This document shows positions 32,121 to 41,200 of a stretch of 64,000 nucleotides of DNA, one piece after another; positions within the stretch are counted from its first letter, which is position 1, and every line of letters begins with the position of its first letter. This DNA is from Candidatus Oxydemutator sp. GTDB taxonomy: Bacteria; Pseudomonadota; Gammaproteobacteria; Poriferisulfidales; Oxydemutatoraceae. The stretch lies in the NCBI GenBank assembly GCA_965203445.1, contig OZ241883.1, forward strand, positions 96,001 to 160,000, written 5' to 3'. The notes under the pieces were generated by a model. The model was not told the origin of the DNA. It made no database searches and saw only the letters and a program-made list of their open reading frames with translations. A program made the position numbers and the translations under genes.

Positions 32121-33722
32121 GTGAATCTCATCACAGACCCAATTCTGACCCTCACGCTCACCGACGCGTCGGCCCCGACCGCGACTGGAGGCGACAAAGT
32201 GTCGTTGCCCGGCCTTTTTGCGGCGATGGCTCGAGAGGAAGTGCGAGGGTTTCCGGCCCTGCGTCCACACCAGCGCCCGGCGTGGCATATGTTCCTGGTA
32301 CAACTTGGCGCCCTTGCCCTTTGGGCCTCACGACGTGAACAACCATCGGAGGATACAAGCGATTGGGCGGCAATGCTGCGTAAATTGACTCCGGATTATG
32401 CCGACGACGAACCATGGCGATTGGCGGTCGCAGATCCATCCAAACCCGCCTTCCTGCAAGCTCCAGAACCGCAAGAAAAAATAAATTGGAAGGCAGTACC
32501 GACCCCGGATGCCCTCGACATGCTCATTACATCCTGCAATCATGACGTAAAAAAGGCTATCGCCAAACAGGCCGCAGCGGAAGATTGGGTTTATGCATTG
32601 GTATCACTGCAAACATGCGAAGGTTACAGCGGACCCAAAAACTACGGTATCGCCCGTATGAACGGCGGATCATCCAGCCGCCCGATGTTGGGGCTTGTGC
32701 CTTCCCGGAACGGGGACGCTTCTATCAATCCTTCTTCGTGGTGGACACGAGATGTGCGAATATTGATCAAAGATCGCGCGGATCCCGTGACACATACGAA
32801 TAGCGGGATTGGCAAAACAGGTGGGCACGCTCTTCTGTGGTGCTTGGACTGGCCAGAAGGGGAACAACTCGAACTGTCTGAGCTGGATCCATGGTTCATT
32901 GAGATTTGTCGCCGAGTACGACTGCTGGAAAATAACGATTTGATTTCCTCGCAACGCGGTACGTCGAAAACAGAACGAATCAATGCCAAAGACTTTCAGG
33001 GTAATCTGGGCGATCCGTGGGCGCCTGTTGAAAAAAAGGAAGGTAAGAACCTTACCCTAAGCAGCGCAAACTTCGATTATAGGAAAATCAATGATTTACT
33101 TTTCTCCGGAGATTGGAAGGTGCCGTTACTCGCCCAGGCACAAGATGATGAAACCAGCGATATGCTTTTAGTGACCGAAGCTTTTTCGCGCGGAAACGCC
33201 AAAACCGAGGGTTTCAAATCCCGCGTCGTGCCGGTCCCAGGCCATATCGTACCGCTGTTTTCGTCAGATACCATGGCAACGCTTGCCGAGTCCCAGATAA
33301 AGGAAATCAAAGGCTTCGATAAGGCTTTGCGATACGCAATCGCGTTGGTCGCCGCCCACGGCGACCGGGAAAACATACAGCGTTCGCACTATAGCTTCGC
33401 CGATTCTGCAACCGGGCATCTCAATCGCGAGGCGGACAGGCTGTTTTTTCGACACTTGTGGTGGCGAACCGCAGCCCACTCGCAAAGCGACGAGCAACGC
33501 TTTGAAGCCAAATGCCGCTTCCTCAAATCCATGTATGAGGTAGCGAAATCTTCATTAGAGGCCGCACTGCCGACAATTCCCTGTCCGACAATGCACAAAA
33601 TGAAAGCCAGAATCCGGGCGCGGCGTGCGTTCTTTCAAAAGCTGAGAAAAGACGAAGGCTGTCGTGATCTGTTCAACTGCCCTGGTCTGTTTAACAGGGA
33701 GGAATCCGATGTCGCAGTATAA
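32121..33722 (+). CDS. cas8e: Type I-E large subunit Cse1/Cas8e
   Basis: NLITDP, LRPHQRPAWHMFLVQL, PAFLQ, NYGIARMNGG, DPW; position after cas3. Confidence 0.9.
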   Translation: MNLITDPILTLTLTDASAPTATGGDKVSLPGLFAAMAREEVRGFPALRPHQRPAWHMFLVQLGALALWASRREQPSEDTSDWAAMLRKLTPDYADDEPWRLAVADPSKPAFLQAPEPQEKINWKAVPTPDALDMLITSCNHDVKKAIAKQAAAEDWVYALVSLQTCEGYSGPKNYGIARMNGGSSSRPMLGLVPSRNGDASINPSSWWTRDVRILIKDRADPVTHTNSGIGKTGGHALLWCLDWPEGEQLELSELDPWFIEICRRVRLLENNDLISSQRGTSKTERINAKDFQGNLGDPWAPVEKKEGKNLTLSSANFDYRKINDLLFSGDWKVPLLAQAQDDETSDMLLVTEAFSRGNAKTEGFKSRVVPVPGHIVPLFSSDTMATLAESQIKEIKGFDKALRYAIALVAAHGDRENIQRSHYSFADSATGHLNREADRLFFRHLWWRTAAHSQSDEQRFEAKCRFLKSMYEVAKSSLEAALPTIPCPTMHKMKARIRARRAFFQKLRKDEGCRDLFNCPGLFNREESDVAV

Positions 33723-34293
33723 CGATACGATAAGAAAGACGGTTCTCAATGCAACCGAAACGATTCAACACCTCGGGCCCGGCCCGTTGGCCGAGTTACG
33801 ACGGATGAAAGAAGAACGAATCGCAGCGCCTGCCTTCTGGAAGCTGGCCGTTGCCCACCCATACACAATAGGACGCGAGGAAAACGGGCAGACGTGGGTG
33901 GCCATCGTTCGCATCATCGCCATATTGATGCCAAAAGGAGATCCCGGCCGGCGCCCACCTCTGCACGATTCCAAACGGCCATTAGGTGAAGTGCTGTGCG
34001 ACGGCGGTAACCCCGATTGGCGGCCGGACAGCGCCGAAAATCCGAAGCCGGTATTCAGCGAACGACGTCTGATGCAACTTCTTTCGGCACGTGGCCGGCA
34101 GCGAGAAGTTCTACTGACCCGCGCGGCACGAGCCATCGCGCACAGCCGTAGACCAGACAGCGGGGTCAACACTGTGGACGTGGCGTACACTTTGTTGATG
34201 CCCAAAAGCGAAAGACAGTTGGCAGAACCGTACTATCGCCGTCTTGACGGCGGCAAACGGAGCGCCAATGAACCCAAAGGAGAAACTGCCTGA
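33709..34293 (+). CDS. cas11: Type I-E small subunit Cse2/Cas11
   Basis: GPLAELRR, FSERRLMQLL, terminal YY; between cas8e and cas7. Confidence 0.85.
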   Translation: MSQYNDTIRKTVLNATETIQHLGPGPLAELRRMKEERIAAPAFWKLAVAHPYTIGREENGQTWVAIVRIIAILMPKGDPGRRPPLHDSKRPLGEVLCDGGNPDWRPDSAENPKPVFSERRLMQLLSARGRQREVLLTRAARAIAHSRRPDSGVNTVDVAYTLLMPKSERQLAEPYYRRLDGGKRSANEPKGETA

Positions 34294-35450
34294 TGAACCA
34301 ACCACGCTTCCTGCAAATCCACACGCTGACCCCCTACACCGCCGTCCTGCTGAACCGGGATGACAGCGGACTGGCAAAGCGCCTGCCTTACGGAGGCGCG
34401 CTACGCACGAGAATATCGTCTCAATGCCTCAAGCGGCACTGGCGGATCGCCGAGGACCCGTACGCGCTTGGCAACATCGAAGGTGTGAAGGCCGCAACTC
34501 GGTCGCGTGAACTGGTAACCAAAAAAGTTATAGACCCTTTGCGCGAACAATTCTCTAAGGAAATCGTTGATGCAATAGAACCGGCATTCCAGGAGGCCGT
34601 CTATGGCAACAAAGGCAAAACTAAGGATAGCCGTCCAACTCTGCTATTCGGCGAACCTGAGCTGAGGTGGCTCAAGAAAGAAGCAGAACGCTTAGCCAAA
34701 GATGCAAAAGACAATGTGGAGACCGCCAAAAAGAAAGCCGAAGAATGGAAAGGGAAATCCAGCAAAGAGAGCGGCAAGCACGCCTTGAAATTCAAGCAGA
34801 ACATCAAAGCCATGCGTAAAATTACGGCTCTGCCGGCCGGCCTGACGGCAGCGTTGTTCGGACGAATGGTGACATCGGATCCCGATGCCAACATCACGGC
34901 GCCAGTACACGTCGCCCATGCGTTCACCGTCCATGAAGAGGAACCGGAAAGCGATTATTTCACGGCCGTTGACGATCTCTCTTGCGACGAGCCGGGCGCG
35001 GATACGATTCAAGAGACCGAACTGACCTCCGGACTTTTCTATGGTTACGTGGTCGTTGATCTTCCGGGGTTGTCGGGAAACCTCGGAGAGGATGACGAGT
35101 TGGCGGGGCGGGTATTGCACAACTTGATTCACCTGATTGCGGAAATTTCTCCAGGTGCGAAGCTCGGCTCCACGGCTCCCTATGGTCGAGCGTCCTTTAT
35201 GCTGCTGGAAGCCGGGGACAGACAACCGCGCAGCCTGGCGGAAGCCTACCGCAGTCCATGCGAACCTCATCTCGGACGCGCCATCGAGGCATTGTCCGAA
35301 CATCTCGAGACGCTGGACAAAACCTATGCTACCGGAGAGGAGCGACAGGTATTGTCACTGCTCGAGAGCAAAGTACCGCGAGCCGACCGAGGATCGCTGG
35401 CCGAGCTCGCAAAGTGGGCACAAAATCTTCCGAGCAGGATGGCCTCGTGA
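34293..35450 (+). CDS. cas7: Cas7 (Cse4/CasC)
   Basis: FLQIHTL, LNRDDSGLAK, RISSQCLKRHWR, ALFGRM, VAHAFTVH, DYFTAVDD. Confidence 0.96.
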   Translation: MNQPRFLQIHTLTPYTAVLLNRDDSGLAKRLPYGGALRTRISSQCLKRHWRIAEDPYALGNIEGVKAATRSRELVTKKVIDPLREQFSKEIVDAIEPAFQEAVYGNKGKTKDSRPTLLFGEPELRWLKKEAERLAKDAKDNVETAKKKAEEWKGKSSKESGKHALKFKQNIKAMRKITALPAGLTAALFGRMVTSDPDANITAPVHVAHAFTVHEEEPESDYFTAVDDLSCDEPGADTIQETELTSGLFYGYVVVDLPGLSGNLGEDDELAGRVLHNLIHLIAEISPGAKLGSTAPYGRASFMLLEAGDRQPRSLAEAYRSPCEPHLGRAIEALSEHLETLDKTYATGEERQVLSLLESKVPRADRGSLAELAKWAQNLPSRMAS

Positions 35451-36190
35451 CACATCGTTGGCTTGTCTTGCGATTTGAGGCGCCGTTAATGGCTTTCGGG
35501 GGCGTGGCGATAGATCAGGTCGGCCCGACACGGGACTTCCCGGCGACTTCGATGCTGGCCGGGCTTATCGGCAATGCGCTCGGCTGGCACTGGTCGGAAG
35601 GCACAAAACATCAGACGATCCAGGATCGCATAATTTTCGCCGCCCGACGCGAGCGGGAGGGTGAGTTATTGATGGACACCCAAAACGTGAAACTTGAGAA
35701 GAATGACAAAGGTTGGACGACTAGCGGCGAGCGGGAGGTTCGAACTGTGGGCAAGGAAAAGTATAGTGCGCCTCATCGGCGTCGGCGCGACTACCATGCA
35801 GACCTCTCGTTGCGCGTTGTGCTGCGTCTTGAACCGGCGACGGAAACGCCGACGCTCGACGAGCTGGCGGATGCTCTCGAGCGACCGGCACGCCCATTGT
35901 TCCTCGGACGCAAACCCTGCCTTCCTTCGACGCCTCTGCTTGCAGAGGAGGCATCCAGATGGGTGTCAGGTGATACCGCCTACCAGGCACTTCAAGCCGT
36001 ACCTAAGAGGCCCGATTGCCGAGACAATGATCGTCTGCGAGCACTCTGGCCTATTGGCGAAGGACCTGACACCGGCGACGACGTGGACTGCATCACCGAT
36101 TTGCCGGACTTGCGGAATTGGCGCACCGGCCTGCATGGTGGTTCGCGCCAAGTCGTACAAGGTTGGATTGCCTCGCCCACGGACAAATAA
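35447..36190 (+). CDS. cas5: Cas5 (CasD)
   Basis: LVLRFEAPLMAFG, GLIGNALGW, RDYHAD, LFLGRKPCLPS. Confidence 0.95.
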   Translation: MTHRWLVLRFEAPLMAFGGVAIDQVGPTRDFPATSMLAGLIGNALGWHWSEGTKHQTIQDRIIFAARREREGELLMDTQNVKLEKNDKGWTTSGEREVRTVGKEKYSAPHRRRRDYHADLSLRVVLRLEPATETPTLDELADALERPARPLFLGRKPCLPSTPLLAEEASRWVSGDTAYQALQAVPKRPDCRDNDRLRALWPIGEGPDTGDDVDCITDLPDLRNWRTGLHGGSRQVVQGWIASPTDK

Positions 36191-36192
36191 CC

Positions 36193-36963
36193 ATGCTGAA
36201 TCTGGTTCGTGTGCCAATAGATACCAACAAGCTCGCACGTTGGGGGGCGGAGCGCGGTTGGGCACGGCACAGAGGCCGCAACGTCGCCTTTGATGAAGGG
36301 CGCGCATTGCATCACCTAGTGCATGAAGCATTAGGCCCCGGCGTCTTCCGGTCATTTCGATTTTTCGTTCCACCCCGGCGAACCAACGGCAATCTTTACG
36401 CTTATTCGGCGTTGGATTCGGGAGCACTGCGCGCCGCTGCTGAAAATCATGCCTTGCCGGATCACCTCAAGGTTCTGCCTCCTGATCAGATAGAGAGCAA
36501 ACCAATGCCAGAAAGTTGGCGCGCAGGACAACGTTTGGGGTTTGATCTCCGCGTGCGCCCAATCCGGCGGCTTGCAAGCCCGTCAGGAAATTTCAGCAAA
36601 GGCAAAGAAATTGACGTATTTCTTGCGGATGCTTTGCGCAAACGTCCCGCCACCACCGCCAAGGAAGCGGCGACGGAAAGCCGAACGCGTGAAGTCGTAT
36701 ATCTTGACTGGCTGACGGAACGCCTTGCCCCCGCCGCCAAGCTTGCCCCCTCCTCAAGTCGCCTGACTCGTTTCCGCCGCGTCCGCGTCGCTCGCGGAGA
36801 CCGGGCTCCCGAAGGCCCGGATGCGACTATTCACGGAACACTCGTCGTTGCCGATCCGGCTGCCTTTTCCGCTCTGTTGGCACGCGGGGTGGGACGACAT
36901 CGAGCCTACGGCTACGGCATGTTGCTTCTGCGTCCGCCAAACCGTCCCGCGCCAAAGCAATAA
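36193..36963 (+). CDS. cas6e: Cas6e (Cse3/CasE)
   Basis: LGFDLRVRP, WL, G-rich loop GVGRHRAYGYGMLLL. Confidence 0.95.
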   Translation: MLNLVRVPIDTNKLARWGAERGWARHRGRNVAFDEGRALHHLVHEALGPGVFRSFRFFVPPRRTNGNLYAYSALDSGALRAAAENHALPDHLKVLPPDQIESKPMPESWRAGQRLGFDLRVRPIRRLASPSGNFSKGKEIDVFLADALRKRPATTAKEAATESRTREVVYLDWLTERLAPAAKLAPSSSRLTRFRRVRVARGDRAPEGPDATIHGTLVVADPAAFSALLARGVGRHRAYGYGMLLLRPPNRPAPKQ

Positions 36964-37832
36964 TGCTCAAGGGTCGGCTCGGCCTTGATAGCGCAAAGGT
37001 TCCGCACAAGGATCGAGCGGGGCTGCTCTACCTGGCTCGCGGGGCATTAACCGCGAAGGATGGTACGCTCGCTTTCGTCCAGAAAATGACGACAACGGCC
37101 GATGCACTCTCGCCTGGAGATTACGCCATCCCGCTCCAAGGCATTTCAATGATCCTGCTCGGTCCCGGCTCCACCGTCAGCCATGACGCACTAAGGCTCC
37201 TTGCCTATGCCCGCACGGCTCTTGCGGCGGTCGGGGAAGATGGCGTACGGCTTTACACCGCCCCACCCCTGATATCAGACCAATCTGATCTGGCGCGGCG
37301 GCAAGCGCGATTTTGGGCCGACGATAAGCAACGGCTGGAGATTGCACGGCGCATGTACGCCTGGCGCTTAAGAGAGGTTCTTCCACATCGTTCCCTTGAC
37401 GTACTTCGCGGAATTGAAGGTGCACGCATGAAAGAGAGCTATCGCTTGCTTGCCCAAAAGATCGGCGTAGCTTGGCACGGCCGCCGCTATGACCGCGCCA
37501 GGCCATACGCCGCGGACCTGCCTAATCAGGCGATAAACCACGCATCCAGTGCGGTAGAGGCCGCCGCCGCCATTGCCGTCGCCGCAACTGCAACCATCCC
37601 ACAGTTGGGCTTCATACATGAGGACCCGGGACAATCGTTTGTTCTGGATATCGCCGACCTCTACCGCGATGCCATAACGATTCCATACGCCTTTCGCGCC
37701 GCCAGGCATGCCGCCGAAAAGCCTGGCGTGAATATTGAGCGTATTACCCGTCGTTTGACCGGACAAGCACTGGCCCGCAAGCAAATCATTCCTGCGATGA
37801 TTGGCCGCATTAAATCCCTATTCACGGAATAG
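36963..37832 (+). CDS. cas1: Cas1 (type I-E)
   Basis: LLGPGSTVSHDA, LRGIEGARM, LGFIHE, FVLDIADLY. Confidence 0.97.
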   Translation: MLKGRLGLDSAKVPHKDRAGLLYLARGALTAKDGTLAFVQKMTTTADALSPGDYAIPLQGISMILLGPGSTVSHDALRLLAYARTALAAVGEDGVRLYTAPPLISDQSDLARRQARFWADDKQRLEIARRMYAWRLREVLPHRSLDVLRGIEGARMKESYRLLAQKIGVAWHGRRYDRARPYAADLPNQAINHASSAVEAAAAIAVAATATIPQLGFIHEDPGQSFVLDIADLYRDAITIPYAFRAARHAAEKPGVNIERITRRLTGQALARKQIIPAMIGRIKSLFTE

Positions 37833-37854
37833 ACAGAAAGAGGATAAACGTTCG

Positions 37855-38142
37855 ATGCCGATGGCTATAGTCATCACTCGCAATGTCGAAGCCCGCTATC
37901 GTGGGTTCCTTACTTCTGTAATGTTAGAGGCTGCACCTGGCGTCTATGTAGGGCCAAATATATCCTCAGGTGTCCGAACACGAGTTTGGAACGTACTTTC
38001 AGATTGGTGGGCGACGCTTGGCACGGGATCAATAATTATGATTTGGCGCGACCCGAAAGCCGTAGGAAATCTCCGTATAGAGACCCTTGGAGAACCTCCG
38101 AAAGAGATCGTAGATGCCGACGGTGTTTTGCTCGTAAAATAA
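37855..38142 (+). CDS. cas2: Cas2 (type I-E)
   Basis: IVITRNVEARYRGFL, PGVYVG, DADGVLLVK. Confidence 0.95.
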   Translation: MPMAIVITRNVEARYRGFLTSVMLEAAPGVYVGPNISSGVRTRVWNVLSDWWATLGTGSIIMIWRDPKAVGNLRIETLGEPPKEIVDADGVLLVK

Positions 38143-38211
38143 ACATGGAGGCGATACAATTCGCCTCTCGTTCTTTAACAATATAGTAAAATCAAGCACA
38201 TATGGGATAGG
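38143..38211 (+). promoter_or_regulatory. CRISPR leader
   Basis: AT-rich; hairpin GAGGCGA/TCGCCTC (38148-38167), TCTTTAACAAT, IHF-like AATCAAGCACATA (38190-38202) ending 9 bp before repeat 1. Confidence 0.8.
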
Positions 38212-41200
38212 GGTTCCCCCGCACGCGCGGGGATAGACCCTTCGACAAGGGCGTCGTCGCCGACACGGTCGGGGTTCCCCCGCACGCGCGGGGATAGACC
38301 CAATGACCAGTGGGCATCAATACCCGATCTATTGGTTCCCCCGCACGCGCGGGGATAGACCGCAGCCCTCGCCGGCGCACCACGTATCGTCGAAGGTTCC
38401 CCCGCACGCGCGGGGATAGACCCTTCTTAAGATAGTTGTAAGTTCTCCGGCGGCAGGTTCCCCCGCACGCGCGGGGATAGACCCGTAGGCCCTGCCGTAG
38501 GCCGCTTCCGCGGCGCGGTTCCCCCGCACGCGCGGGGATAGACCTGGCTTGAAGGGCATCAGGTGAATTAAAGTACGGGTTCCCCCGCACGCGCGGGGAT
38601 AGACCGTAGTCGTATCTTCAGAATTCAACAACCATGTCGGTTCCCCCGCACGCGCGGGGATAGACCCGCGCGCGCCGCAATGAGCGGCAACGGGAGCGAG
38701 GTTCCCCCGCACGCGCGGGGATAGACCCAACGGGAATATCGCCGACGCCGACTGCTGTTGGGTTCCCCCGCACGCGCGGGGATAGACCGTCGCCCCACGC
38801 GTTGGCCGCGGCCTTGAGGATGGTTCCCCCGCACGCGCGGGGATAGACCCTTGAGGAACTTTTGCGTTTTGACGAGACCGAAGGTTCCCCCGCACGCGCG
38901 GGGATAGACCTTTGGCGAGTGATGATCCGGCAGGCATTCGGTCGGTTCCCCCGCACGCGCGGGGATAGACCCAAAGCAGATACTGCAAGATGATGTAATG
39001 TCCAGGTTCCCCCGCACGCGCGGGGATAGACCCGATTAAAGAACAGGCAATACGTGATATGCGGCGGTTCCCCCGCACGCGCGGGGATAGACCTTTATTC
39101 TGTAGTGTATTTATGGATGATTGGCAGGTTCCCCCGCACGCGCGGGGATAGACCCTTACAAAGACAGAAACTTTTGATCTATCCGATGGTTCCCCCGCAC
39201 GCGCGGGGATAGACCTGTTGGAGCTGTTGGGGTTATACGCAGACTGTAGGTTCCCCCGCACGCGCGGGGATAGACCCTATAGATGAGTTTGTTGCTGACA
39301 GGCAATACGGGTTCCCCCGCACGCGCGGGGATAGACCCTCGATGACGATCAAGATGCGGAGTTTTGGAGTGGTTCCCCCGCACGCGCGGGGATAGACCCA
39401 GCTGCTCAGCAGTGGCAGGCTCCACAACTGAGGTTCCCCCGCACGCGCGGGGATAGACCCGCGCCGCAGCTTCGGCGCAGGCCTAACTTTAGGGTTCCCC
39501 CGCGGGGATAGACCCTGACGAGTCTATTAAAAGACTTGTCGGACATACGCGCGGGGATAGACCGCGAGCGCAAGAGGCTGCTGCTTGCCGGCGACGGGTT
39601 CCCCCGCACGCGCGGGGATAGACCTTTCCCCCCTCGTCTGCTCAGGGGAAGTATGGCGGTTCCCCCGCACGCGCGGGGATAGACCGTCGTCGAGCGTGCC
39701 GTCGCGCACCGTGCGCCCGGTTCCCCCGCACGCGCGGGGATAGACCTTTATCGTATCGCCCGACGTCACATTGCCGTCGGGTTCCCCCGCACGCGCGGGG
39801 ATAGACCCGAGTCGGTGATCAACCTGAACGCTGCGGGTGTGGTTCCCCCGCACGCGCGGGGATAGACCCTGACGAGTCTATTAAAAGACTTGTCGGACAT
39901 AGGTTCCCCCGCACGCGCGGGGATAGACCCTACGCGGCCAACGGCGCCAAGACGAACGGCCCGGTTCCCCCGCACGCGCGGGGATAGACCCGATGTCGCC
40001 GCTGCTGGATTGCGCCAGCGAGTGGTTCCCCCGCACGCGCGGGGATAGACCCTTTGTGCGCAACCAGTACATCGAGATGCTGAAGGTTCCCCCGCACGCG
40101 CGGGGATAGACCTGAGGACGGGATACGACGAGCCCGCGACCCTGGGGTTCCCCCGCACGCGCGGGGATAGACCCTGCTGCACCGCGGCGTATATCACGCT
40201 GGTGCCGGTTCCCCCGCACGCGCGGGGATAGACCCCGCTCGGTGGCGCGCTGGCTGAGGGATTGGAAGGTTCCCCCGCACGCGCGGGGATAGACCCCACT
40301 TCAGCATCGCATGCGTGTCATCGATCCCGGTTCCCCCGCACGCGCGGGGATAGACCCGGTGTAAGCCCCACAGTCTCGAAATCAAAAGCGGTTCCCCCGC
40401 ACGCGCGGGGATAGACCCAATGCGCGCCAGAGTCGTCTTGCCGACGCCCGGGTTCCCCCGCACGCGCGGGGATAGACCTAAATAGGTTGTTGAAAGATAC
40501 GGACGCCGTTCGGTTCCCCCGCACGCGCGGGGATAGACCTTGATATGGCATCTCTTTCTTTGTGGCAATTTAGGTTCCCCCGCACGCGCGGGGATAGACC
40601 TTGATATGGCATCTCTTTCTTTGTGGCAATTTAGGTTCCCCCGCACGCGCGGGGATAGACCCCATCCGCGCGCATCCTCTATCCGCGGCGCAAGGGTTCC
40701 CCCGCACGCGCGGGGATAGACCCCTCGCAAAGGCCGATCAGCGCAGCTATCGAATGGTTCCCCCGCACGCGCGGGGATAGACCCCGTACACCGCTTTCAG
40801 CGCGGCGCGCACTTCGGGTTCCCCCGCACGCGCGGGGATAGACCCATGCCCACCCGAACGCCCGGACGCCGGCCCACGGTTCCCCCGCACGCGCGGGGAT
40901 AGACCCTGCTCCGCGACCAGTTCTTTGAAGTGATCTTCGGTTCCCCCGCACGCGCGGGGATAGACCGCAAGGTCGGCTGGTCGCAGCTGCTCCGCGGGCG
41001 GTTCCCCCGCACGCGCGGGGATAGACCCTTGTAATCCGCGCCCGCGATCGCGACGCGCGGGGTTCCCCCGCACGCGCGGGGATAGACCCCGTCAACGGGT
41101 TCTGCGCGTCGGCCACCAACTGGTTCCCCCGCACGCGCGGGGATAGACCCCAGGTCGGGACTGGCGGCAGTACTACAACCCGGGTTCCCCCGCACGCGCG

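Noticed and set aside
39033-39309. Spacers 14 and 18 share ACAGGCAATACG
   Set aside because: The flanking bases disagree, so they are not overlapping protospacers; a 12-mer alone is weak evidence
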